Notes under the pieces: generated by a model | The model's database searches: none | Seen by the model: the letters and a program-made list of their open reading frames with translations, nothing else | What the model was told of the DNA's origin: nothing | Shown here: positions 55,903 to 64,000 of the stretch, one piece after another | Layout: every line of letters starts with the position of its first letter | How positions within the stretch are numbered: position 1 is the stretch's first letter | Position numbers and translations under genes: made by a program | IMG/VR virus record: IMGVR_UViG_3300045131_002929 | Location: 1-64,000 of that record | Direction: 5' to 3' (one strand) | DNA: 64,000 nt | DNA from: a virus

Positions 55903-56556
55903 ATGGCCGATTTCACAGAACCAGTATGGACTACGCCGCAGGACGTCGAGCCCTGCGTCCGCTCGTCCATGGAGCGGGACCGGGACCCTTTCAAAATAAC
56001 CGGCCTGGTCGTGCAATTCCTGAGGAGCCGATTCTTCACCGGCGCGAACATAGGCAACCCGGATCTTAAAGGCTACCTATGGTCGGCCGACGACGCCGCC
56101 AGCCGGATCCTGATAGAGCCAGCTTTCCGGTACAAGACGCGCGACGTTGGCAGAAGACCTGCTTATCTCGTTGCCAGACAGCAAGTGGCAGCCGAGCAGA
56201 CGGCTTTGAGCGGCAGCCGGATGACCATGATGTCGGAGAACAGAGGCGGCCTTACCGGGGTCTGCTACAACATGATCGTCAAGGGCTCGCACCAGATAGC
56301 CTGCGTCGGTCAGACGGGAGCGGAGGCCGAGGCGCTGGCCATCGAGGCGTTCTACGCCTGCATGGAGTTCGCGCCCGTGTTGAAAAGCGAGGGCGCGCTG
56401 GGTAGATTAAGCGTAGATGGAATGGGTCCGCTGCAGAAGATCGATGAGAACCAGGAGAATCTATCGGTGGTCGTATCGCTGTCCTGGGCCTACACCCATA
56501 GCTGGACGCTTTCGCAAACGGCGCCCATCTTGAAAAGTATAATAGCAGTCAACTAA
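55903..56556 (+). CDS. Probable tail completion/terminator protein
   Basis: Directly before the sheath; RPAYLV and alpha/beta pattern. Confidence 0.5.
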   Translation: MADFTEPVWTTPQDVEPCVRSSMERDRDPFKITGLVVQFLRSRFFTGANIGNPDLKGYLWSADDAASRILIEPAFRYKTRDVGRRPAYLVARQQVAAEQTALSGSRMTMMSENRGGLTGVCYNMIVKGSHQIACVGQTGAEAEALAIEAFYACMEFAPVLKSEGALGRLSVDGMGPLQKIDENQENLSVVVSLSWAYTHSWTLSQTAPILKSIIAVN

Positions 56557-56569
56557 AAGAGAGGCGCAA

Positions 56570-59236
56570 ATGGCATACGTTCAACCGCAACTCAAGATCC
56601 ACGAGGAGTTCACAACGGCGCAGGCCTCCGGCGTATCGCCGCTGTACGCGTGCCTCGTCGGACCCAAGTACAAACTACACCGCTACTCACAGAGCGCCGA
56701 GAAGGCTCTGCTAGGCGCCTACTCCCCGAGCGTCGCGCTCACCGGCGCATACCCCGGCAAAGTCGCGGGCGGCGTGGTCGACCAGGCCTCCGTGTCCGTG
56801 TGGCTCGAAAAAGGCAGGCTGGCCTACTACAGCGGCGCCGATTTCGCCATGCCGGCCGGATCCGCGGCGGGCACCAACAAACTGGCCTCCGACAAGACCT
56901 TGCGCGCTTCGATCGGCTACGACCGCGACGCCGCCTTCGGGTCGCGCGACGTGTCGCTCAACGACCGCGTCGAAGTCACATGGACCGAGGGGGCGGACAC
57001 CGGCTACAGGGCCACCCGCGTGATGGGCTTCATCAACGAGGTGGAGGCGGCTGTCGAAAACGTCGTCGCGGGGGCCAACAAGGCCGCCGTGGCCGTCGGC
57101 TCCGTCGCCGTCGCCAGCAACACGATCGACGCGCTGGCCGAGCTCACGCCCGCCGCCGTCGCGGGCAGCGCCTACTCCGGCATCCGATATGGATACCCCG
57201 AGGAGGTCTACACGGTCCGCGTGACGAAGTCCGGCGGCAGCGGCGTGGCCGAGGCCATGATCCTCTCCGACTCCGGCACCGACGACGTCCTCAACAAGGT
57301 GGTCAACTTCACGTCCACCGACATCGGAACCCGCGGCGTCAAGCTCAAATTGACGGCCGACTCGGGCACCGGGCTGTTGACGCTCGGCGAGGAGATCGTC
57401 GTCAACGCCAGCCAGACGTACGCTGTTCCGACGCTCACGCCGAACGCGACGTACGGCGGGCCGGCCGACACGACCTACATCGTCCAGTGCATGCTGGGCG
57501 GAACCGTCGGGATCAACACCGTCGACAACCCAGCCCCCGCCTATAAGGTGACCACGACCAACGGCGTGGACGCCATGGCCTCCACGCAGATCCTCGCGGC
57601 AGGCTCCATCGCCATCGGCAACTACGGAGTGTGCCTAACGGTGGCCTCCGGCGCGAAGTTCTGCAAAGGCGACTCATGGACCGTCAAAGCCAACGCCGAC
57701 ACGTTCGGCGCGATCAAGACGATGGTCCTGGCCGACAAGCTGGTCGACGAGACCGACGCGAACATCAAGTGCACGACGGCCTCGACCGTGACCATCAAGA
57801 TCGGGCTGCCGGCGGACGTCAAACTGCCGCGCGCCGCCTACGCGCTCACCTCGAGCGCGGTCACGGTGCCAGCGGGGCTGACCTACCGCGGCAACTACCT
57901 CGGATCCGACCAGACCTTCCCGGTCATGGCCGGCGACATGTACGTCGACTACCGCGAGTTCATCGCCTCGGGGGCCAACGAGGTCCGCGCCGTGGGCAGC
58001 TCCGCAGACGTGCTCGCGCTCCTCGGACCGGCCAGCGAATCCAACCCTCTCGCCCTCGCCGCCGATTTGGCGCTCGCGAACAGCGGCGGATCGCCCGTCT
58101 ATTACGTCCAGGTCGCCTCCGACGACGTCGCGGGCTACACCGCGGCCCTGGACGCCACGACCAACACGCAGGAGGTCTACTCCCTCGTGCCTTTGACCAA
58201 GGCCGAGGCTGTGAAGAGCCTGGTGGCCGCCCACGTGGCCGACCAGTCCTCCGCCTACAAGAACAACTGGCGCATCGCCTGGTTCGGATCCTCCATCGGG
58301 GATCAGAAGCCCGTCTACGTCAGCGAGGCCGGCATGGACGTACTTGCCACCGTGGTCAAGCCCGGTGGCAACGAGTACGCGGACCTGATCAGCAGCAACG
58401 GCAAGTTCGTCACCAACGAGGTGGCCGTCGGCGATGTGATCCGGTACAACTACCAGCCCAGCACGAGCGGCGTCACGACCTACACGGAAGGCGTGGTCGT
58501 GGCCGTGGTCTCCGAGGACGAGCTGCGCATCTCCGCGCTCGACGAGGAGAACTTCGACAACGAGATCAAGATCGAGCTTTGGCGCCCGCGCTCGCAGACG
58601 GCCATGGCCGGCGACATCGCGGCCGAGTCCAACGGATACGGCAACCGCCGCGTCCGCAACATCTGGCCCGACGCCCTGCCCTTGGAAGACGGAACGGAAG
58701 TCCCGAGCCAGTTCCTGGCCGCGGCCCTCGCGGGCCTGCGTTCAGGCTCCGCGCCCCACCAGCCCTTGACCAACGTGTCGATCGCCGGTTTCGGAATTCC
58801 GACCAGGACCAACATGTTCCCGGCCTCCGACCTGAACACGATCGCGGGCGGCGGCACTTGGATCGTGATGTCCAGCTCCGGCGACGTCATCACGCGCCAT
58901 CAGCTGACCACCGACATGAGCGACATCAACATGCGCGAGGACACCGTCACGTGCAACGTCGACTCGCTCGCCAGGCGGTACCGCTCCGGGTTCGCCGACC
59001 TGACGGGCAAGGGCAACGTGTCGCAGGAGATGCTGGACGTCATCCGCATGCGGCTGCTGTCCGTCTCGTCCGCGATCCTCGCCGTGGCGTGGCCCGCCGC
59101 CATCGGACCGCAGATGCAGGGCTTCGATATAACGGGCATCTGGATCGACCCCGTCCTGAAAGACCAGGTGCACGTCAGGGTGACTCCGTTGCTGCCCTAC
59201 CCGTTGAACAACCTGGACGTCTACATCACCATCTAA
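56570..59236 (+). CDS. Contractile tail sheath protein
   Basis: MAYVQPQLKIHEE start; FLAAALAGL, PLTNVSIAG, LNTIAGGG, RHQLTT, LPYPLNNLDVYITI end; 888 aa. Confidence 0.88.
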   Translation: MAYVQPQLKIHEEFTTAQASGVSPLYACLVGPKYKLHRYSQSAEKALLGAYSPSVALTGAYPGKVAGGVVDQASVSVWLEKGRLAYYSGADFAMPAGSAAGTNKLASDKTLRASIGYDRDAAFGSRDVSLNDRVEVTWTEGADTGYRATRVMGFINEVEAAVENVVAGANKAAVAVGSVAVASNTIDALAELTPAAVAGSAYSGIRYGYPEEVYTVRVTKSGGSGVAEAMILSDSGTDDVLNKVVNFTSTDIGTRGVKLKLTADSGTGLLTLGEEIVVNASQTYAVPTLTPNATYGGPADTTYIVQCMLGGTVGINTVDNPAPAYKVTTTNGVDAMASTQILAAGSIAIGNYGVCLTVASGAKFCKGDSWTVKANADTFGAIKTMVLADKLVDETDANIKCTTASTVTIKIGLPADVKLPRAAYALTSSAVTVPAGLTYRGNYLGSDQTFPVMAGDMYVDYREFIASGANEVRAVGSSADVLALLGPASESNPLALAADLALANSGGSPVYYVQVASDDVAGYTAALDATTNTQEVYSLVPLTKAEAVKSLVAAHVADQSSAYKNNWRIAWFGSSIGDQKPVYVSEAGMDVLATVVKPGGNEYADLISSNGKFVTNEVAVGDVIRYNYQPSTSGVTTYTEGVVVAVVSEDELRISALDEENFDNEIKIELWRPRSQTAMAGDIAAESNGYGNRRVRNIWPDALPLEDGTEVPSQFLAAALAGLRSGSAPHQPLTNVSIAGFGIPTRTNMFPASDLNTIAGGGTWIVMSSSGDVITRHQLTTDMSDINMREDTVTCNVDSLARRYRSGFADLTGKGNVSQEMLDVIRMRLLSVSSAILAVAWPAAIGPQMQGFDITGIWIDPVLKDQVHVRVTPLLPYPLNNLDVYITI

Positions 59237-59291
59237 GCAACCGACCGGCGCCTAAACGGGGCGCCGGTCATAAAAGAAAGGCAGATAAAAC

Positions 59292-59888
59292 ATGGCTGAC
59301 GCAAACACATACACGGACGTCTTCGGCTCGGCGCTTCAGTTTGGCGGATCCTGGAAACTGGACGGCGCCATTCTGACGTTCACAACCGGCGGATCGTTCG
59401 GCGGCGACACTGTCGGAGTCAACAACGACGGTACGACCAAAATCACAAAGGGCACAGTCAAGCAGGGGAAGCTTACTTACGAGCTCGTGGTCCAGGACGT
59501 GCAGTTCACCTACAAACGCCCGGTCAACAGGCTGTTGTCTTTGACGAGCGCCAAGCAGTACATGGTCACAGGCAGGGGCATGGGTCAGTTGCAGATCTCG
59601 TCCATCATGGGTAAGAAGGACGACATGTACCTTTTCATCCAGACGTTCTCCAACCCTTGCAACGTCGGCTCCAACATCATCTCGCTCAAAGCTTGCGACA
59701 ACGCGTGCCCCGTTCAAGCGGAAGCGGGCGAGGAGGCCAGCAAAGGCAAACCGCAGATCTTCAACCTGCTCTACGTGCTGCTCGACAGCATCGCGGCCCA
59801 GGTGCAGGTAGGCGAGCTCTCCTATGTGACCGAGACGATCACCGGAGTCTTCGGAGGCCTTAACCTCGAGACTGAAATCAAAAACTGA
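59292..59888 (+). CDS. Probable tail tube protein
   Basis: Directly after the sheath, beta-rich, strong RBS, followed by a terminator. Confidence 0.7.
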   Translation: MADANTYTDVFGSALQFGGSWKLDGAILTFTTGGSFGGDTVGVNNDGTTKITKGTVKQGKLTYELVVQDVQFTYKRPVNRLLSLTSAKQYMVTGRGMGQLQISSIMGKKDDMYLFIQTFSNPCNVGSNIISLKACDNACPVQAEAGEEASKGKPQIFNLLYVLLDSIAAQVQVGELSYVTETITGVFGGLNLETEIKN

Positions 59889-59920
59889 AAAGTAACGACC
59901 TTCGACAAGACAGCGCGAAC

Positions 59921-59962
59921 AGCCGCCGGCTGCCCGGACGCCGGGCCCGGCGGCTTTCTCTT
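59921..59962 (+). terminator. Intrinsic terminator after the tube gene
   Basis: AGCCGCCGG...CCGGCGGCT followed by TTCTCTT. Confidence 0.7.
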
Positions 59963-60009
59963 AATCAAGCGCAGGCCGTGATCCGTACGGCCCTCATCAG
60001 CGGGGAACC

Positions 60010-63000
60010 ATGTCCAACAGATCCGCGTTCCTATCCACCGACACGACCCGGCCGGCCTATCAAAGCACGCAGCTGGACGTGGACCGCGCGCGCTCGGAAG
60101 CCGAGAGCCTGCTCAACATAAGAGCCGCTGGCCTATTCTGCATAGCCACCGTGCTTTACGCCATACCCGGCACGGGGCTTTTCAAAGTTCTAGGCGGCTT
60201 CTCCGCCGGAGTCATGACCGCCATGGCCGTGGCCGACGCCGGCGGCCGCCTGCCCGGCGCCAAGTTCACGCCGGCCTACCCGCCCGGCAGCCGCGTGCTG
60301 CTATACAGGCGCAAACACGGCGACCACCCCAATCTGCCCGACGCCCTGATCATCGGATTCCTGCCCGACAGCGCGCTGACCACTTCCGACACGACCAACT
60401 CCGGGCTGCGCCTGCGGCATATACACGACACGCCGCCACGCTTCCGCGCCGCGCCCAACGGCGTCTGGCAGACCAGGCCCGAGGTGAAGGCCGGCATGGT
60501 CAGCGACGAGTCCATGCGCGTGAACTACTCGCACGGCAAACCGCTGGACGCCGCCGACGGCGACTACATGGTCTCGAACGCCTTCGGCGGCGGGCTGCTG
60601 ATCTCCGATCTGATGCTGGCCCTGAAGGCGTCGCCGTCGGCCAAGATCGAAATGTTTCTGCCGGACTCGAAAGTCCGCATCACTTCCGATACTTTCGTAC
60701 ATGCCGGAATGTGCCACGACTTCAAGATACTGGAGGCCTTCGGCGGCGCGAACCGCTCAGAGGATTTCGGGTTCACGCCTTTCGACCTGCTGGGCCTGGC
60801 CCCCGGGGCCTCACTGAAGGAATCCTCCGAGGCGGACCTGCGCGACCTCCGGCTGTACCTCGACCCCGCGAAGAAGCCTTATGGCCATAGGCCGCTGGCC
60901 AGGGTGTCCCGAATGGCCGGGCCCGTCTTCGACGGCCTGCACGACCAGGTCTGCTCCGTGGGGCTGATCGGAACCGGCGGCGCGCAGGACGCCTACAAGA
61001 CCGCCGTGGCCGCCCTGTCGCTTAGGGTGGACGGGGTAGGCAGGCTGTACGGCGCCCGCGAGGCCTCGCTGCTGCGGACGCTGCTCATACCCGTGTTCGA
61101 CGAGAGCGACTTCAAAGAGGAGGTCGGCGAGTATCGCGGCAACACGACAGGCCCCGACGGCGCGCCCATAGCCCTGAACGACCCCGCGTACGCGCCTGCG
61201 CCTGAGACGCTGCGTATGAGCCCGCGCGAGGCCCTGGCCCGCGACGCGGCCAGGCAGACCAGCTCCGAGGACAACGCCGCGGAAGCCGCGGCCGACAGCG
61301 GCGAGTCGCTGCGGACGTTCCAGGCGTGGGGCTACTCCGCGGGCGAGCCCGGGTCGCCGGAAGACGTCACGGACCAGGCCACCGTCAAATACTTCGGCAT
61401 AGAAGACCTGCGCCAGCCCGTGTCTGCGGTGGACGCGGAAAAAGCCAAGCAGCTGGATGTGGACATAACGTTCGGGTCGGCCTACGCCGCGATAGCCGAC
61501 AACGCGGATCTGAAATGCCGCCTGCTGGCGAACCTCAGCACGAAATGGGACGCCCCCGAGGTCGACGCCATATTAAACGCCGCGAGGGCGCTCAGCTCGG
61601 ACCCGCCGGACGCGGGGGCCGAGGCGCGGACAGTCGACTCCCTAGGCTCCACCGGCGAGTTCCTGAAGTTCATGACGATGCCACCCCTCGAGGAGAAGGA
61701 GCAGCGCTACGGCGAGTGCGGCCAGGTCCGCACCATGCTGAACCCTTTCGCGGACTTCGCCAAGGCCACCGACAAGCCGAGCGAGAAGCTCGTGAAGGAG
61801 GACGGCGGCGACAAATTCAAGATCTATGGCAACACCTGCGGCGTCCGTTGCCTGGAGGATGGCTCCGTCGTATTGTCCGGCGGCTTCGGCGAGGAGATAA
61901 GGATGCACCGCGGCAACATCTACCTGACATGCCCGGGCAGTATATACATGCAGCCCGGCAAGGACTTCGTCGCGATGGCGCCGCGGAACGCCGTGCTGAA
62001 GGCGGCGGACGGTTTCGCGGAGGTCACCTCCGGCGGCGTGGTGAACGTGGCGGGCGGCAACGACGTCAACATCTGCGCCGGCATGACCGGCAACACCGGC
62101 GTGCTGGTGCTGGAGAGCAAATCGAAATGCGGACTGCCGCAGCCGGCCGACAGATGGGGCAAGGAAGGCGGATGGGGTGGCATAAGCGCCCAGGAGCGGT
62201 ACGAAAGACTGTCGATAGTCGACACGGAAGCCGCGGAGCCTTCGGCCGGAACAGGCGGCGGCGTGGTGATACGCTCCAACACGGACGCCGCGCTCATAAC
62301 GGACAGCCTGCTCGTGGACGGCCCCGCGGCGGACAAGCCGCCGAACGTGGAGATGTTCGCGCGCGACCTGCTGACCCACTCGAGGCGCAGCATGCACTAC
62401 CTAGACAAGAACGGCGTCATGGCCGTGGTGGGCAAAGACGGCACTTCATGCTCGCTGACGAGTCTCGGCATGGCACTTGCCGCCCCCTGGACCAGCATAA
62501 TGACCAACCAGATGGACATCTACGGCAAGACCTTGAACACGGCGTGGCTCGGCCGCGGATCCGACGGCAAGCCCTACCATGAGACCGTGACGCTGGTTAC
62601 GAACCCGAACCCCGCCGTCAACGTGGCCGGCACGCTGACGGCGCCCCATCTGGTGGACGCCTCGCTGAGCGCCGGGATGGACGATCTGAACGCCTTCTTC
62701 GAGTATAAGCGCAGCTTCGCCACGGAGGCCGGCCTGGATCTATCGCCGGATCTCGCGGGGTACAACGCCGTCCCGCTGGCCGAATCCGACATCCCCTCCG
62801 CGAAGAGCGGCGGGGCCTGGTCCATCACGGCATTGTTCCCATGCAGCAGGGCGTACGGCACGTCCACGCTTGTGTTCCCCGAGGCCTTCTGGCAGACCGC
62901 GCTGGCCGACTCCATCACATGGAACGAGCCGCAGATGCCCCTGCATGCGAACCTGCTCCCCTACAGCATGCCCTGGCCGGGGTACGACGCCTGGAACGAC

Positions 63001-63105
63001 CCGCGCTCCTATCAGTACATAAAAATCGAGGACGGCAAATGGACGACGGCCATGGCGCCGCTCAGGGCCGGCTATAGGATAAACGAGAAGTCGATGGTTG
63101 AGTGA
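60010..63105 (+). CDS. Baseplate hub/spike protein (gp5/VgrG-like)
   Basis: OB-like PPGSRVLLY...IIGFLP; beta-helix-like EDGSVVLSGGFGEEIRMHRGNIYLTCPGSIYMQPG. Confidence 0.6.
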   Translation: MSNRSAFLSTDTTRPAYQSTQLDVDRARSEAESLLNIRAAGLFCIATVLYAIPGTGLFKVLGGFSAGVMTAMAVADAGGRLPGAKFTPAYPPGSRVLLYRRKHGDHPNLPDALIIGFLPDSALTTSDTTNSGLRLRHIHDTPPRFRAAPNGVWQTRPEVKAGMVSDESMRVNYSHGKPLDAADGDYMVSNAFGGGLLISDLMLALKASPSAKIEMFLPDSKVRITSDTFVHAGMCHDFKILEAFGGANRSEDFGFTPFDLLGLAPGASLKESSEADLRDLRLYLDPAKKPYGHRPLARVSRMAGPVFDGLHDQVCSVGLIGTGGAQDAYKTAVAALSLRVDGVGRLYGAREASLLRTLLIPVFDESDFKEEVGEYRGNTTGPDGAPIALNDPAYAPAPETLRMSPREALARDAARQTSSEDNAAEAAADSGESLRTFQAWGYSAGEPGSPEDVTDQATVKYFGIEDLRQPVSAVDAEKAKQLDVDITFGSAYAAIADNADLKCRLLANLSTKWDAPEVDAILNAARALSSDPPDAGAEARTVDSLGSTGEFLKFMTMPPLEEKEQRYGECGQVRTMLNPFADFAKATDKPSEKLVKEDGGDKFKIYGNTCGVRCLEDGSVVLSGGFGEEIRMHRGNIYLTCPGSIYMQPGKDFVAMAPRNAVLKAADGFAEVTSGGVVNVAGGNDVNICAGMTGNTGVLVLESKSKCGLPQPADRWGKEGGWGGISAQERYERLSIVDTEAAEPSAGTGGGVVIRSNTDAALITDSLLVDGPAADKPPNVEMFARDLLTHSRRSMHYLDKNGVMAVVGKDGTSCSLTSLGMALAAPWTSIMTNQMDIYGKTLNTAWLGRGSDGKPYHETVTLVTNPNPAVNVAGTLTAPHLVDASLSAGMDDLNAFFEYKRSFATEAGLDLSPDLAGYNAVPLAESDIPSAKSGGAWSITALFPCSRAYGTSTLVFPEAFWQTALADSITWNEPQMPLHANLLPYSMPWPGYDAWNDPRSYQYIKIEDGKWTTAMAPLRAGYRINEKSMVE

Positions 63106-63202
63106 CGACTGTAAAGCCGCCCCCGCTGTAGATTATATCTGGGCCGTCGTTTCGACGGCGTCAAGTAGCGAGTAGAGCAAACGAGACGAAAGGTAGGAGC
63201 CT

Positions 63203-63703
63203 ATGGACGGAGCAAGCGCGGCAGAGCAGGATATGAACGAGCGGAAGGCATGCCCGCGGTGCGGGTTGCCGCTGGCGAAGGACTACTCCGACAAGCCCTC
63301 GGCCGAAGACCGCAAGAACTACATAAGGGCGGTGCTCGGCGGCAAACGCTTCCAGAAGGAGTTCACCTTCTTCGACGGCGCCCTCAAGGTCATGTTCCAG
63401 GAGATGACCGGCGGGGAGTCCAAGAAGCTGTTCGCGGCTATCAGCGAGCTCGAGTCCGATTCGAACCTAATGCCCAAGGCCGTGCGCATGAAAATGGGAC
63501 TATGCACCGTGTACGTCGACAAAGGCGGCCAGCGCGCGGACACCCTGAACGCCGAAGTCACGCGCGAAAGCCTCGAGGCGGCCTATGACAAGGCCTATGG
63601 CAGCTTGCCCGAGAGCGTGGTGGCCACAGTCCACGGCGCTTTCGCCGCGTTCAACAGCATAGTCGGCAAGATCGGGGAGTCCTGCCTGGATAAAAATTTT
63701 TAA
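63203..63703 (+). CDS. Probable tail assembly chaperone (G-type)
   Basis: 166 aa ending ...DKNF at a slippery heptamer; AGGAG RBS. Confidence 0.6.
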   Translation: MDGASAAEQDMNERKACPRCGLPLAKDYSDKPSAEDRKNYIRAVLGGKRFQKEFTFFDGALKVMFQEMTGGESKKLFAAISELESDSNLMPKAVRMKMGLCTVYVDKGGQRADTLNAEVTRESLEAAYDKAYGSLPESVVATVHGAFAAFNSIVGKIGESCLDKNF

Positions 63704-64000
63704 GTGGGCGTTGGACGAGGCTCGCGGCCAGCGCCCATCATAAGGGCTATATAGACTACGGCAAAATGGAGGCGTGGACGGTCAGGGAAGTCCTGCGCGA
63801 GCATATGGCGCTGGAGGAGGCGGGCCGCGAGCACCATCGGGACGCCCTTATGATGCAAGCCGCGTGCGGATCGAAAATGGCCGAGGCCGCGGACCGCTTC
63901 GTAAAAGCGCACTCGCCTTGGCTGCTGTCGGCGGAGAACGCGCCCAGCCCTGAAGAGGCGGCCGCGTTGAAAGTGAAAGCCCTGGAAGAGCTGTACAGGA
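63694..64000 (+). CDS. -1 frameshift extension of the chaperone (GT-type), partial
   Basis: A-AAT-TTT at 63694-63700 before TAA; the -1 frame (LSGRWTRLAASAHHKGYIDY...) is open to the window end. Confidence 0.6.

Noticed and set aside
57631-59376. 581-aa Arg-rich ORF overlapping the sheath, and similar alternate-frame ORFs
   Set aside because: Off-frame product of GC3-biased codons; the sheath frame explains the region.
1-64000. Complete DGR, tRNA/rRNA genes, integrase, terminase
   Set aside because: No recognisable RT, template repeat, cloverleaf, recombinase or terminase motifs seen; they may lie outside the window.

Overview
This window is part of a large, GC-rich tailed phage (myovirus-type) that encodes its own multi-subunit RNA polymerase. 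No cellular housekeeping genes, rRNA, tRNA or CRISPR array were seen. Left arm (minus strand, 1-28.4 kb): fibre and appendage genes, an HK97-fold head module (major capsid, probable decoration protein, scaffold, Zn-finger prohead protease), a stand-alone C-terminal half of RNAP beta' interrupted in its bridge helix by a 393-aa LAGLIDADG intein, and a run of small low-complexity proteins. Centre (28.9-34.3 kb): early-type promoter-to-terminator cassettes with a 5-copy bipartite promoter motif, a near-consensus sigma70 promoter, two candidate structured ncRNAs and GC-rich direct/inverted repeats. Right arm (plus strand, 34.3-64 kb): five adhesin-like genes (poly-Ser, beta-propeller, Ig-like, InlB-B, LRR, LamG), three glycosyltransferase-like genes, then neck, sheath, tube, a gp5/VgrG-like protein and a tail chaperone with a -1 slippery site. 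Most notable: (1) a pervasive hydrophobic-x-K-x-A motif in head-module and small proteins, a probable protease-cleavage or capsid-targeting code; (2) Ig-like domains split at the same turn across two consecutive gene junctions, suggesting fibres chained by half-domain complementation; (3) poly-Ser fibres next to glycosyltransferases; (4) the early cassettes and ncRNAs. All family assignments come from motif recognition by eye, not database searches.
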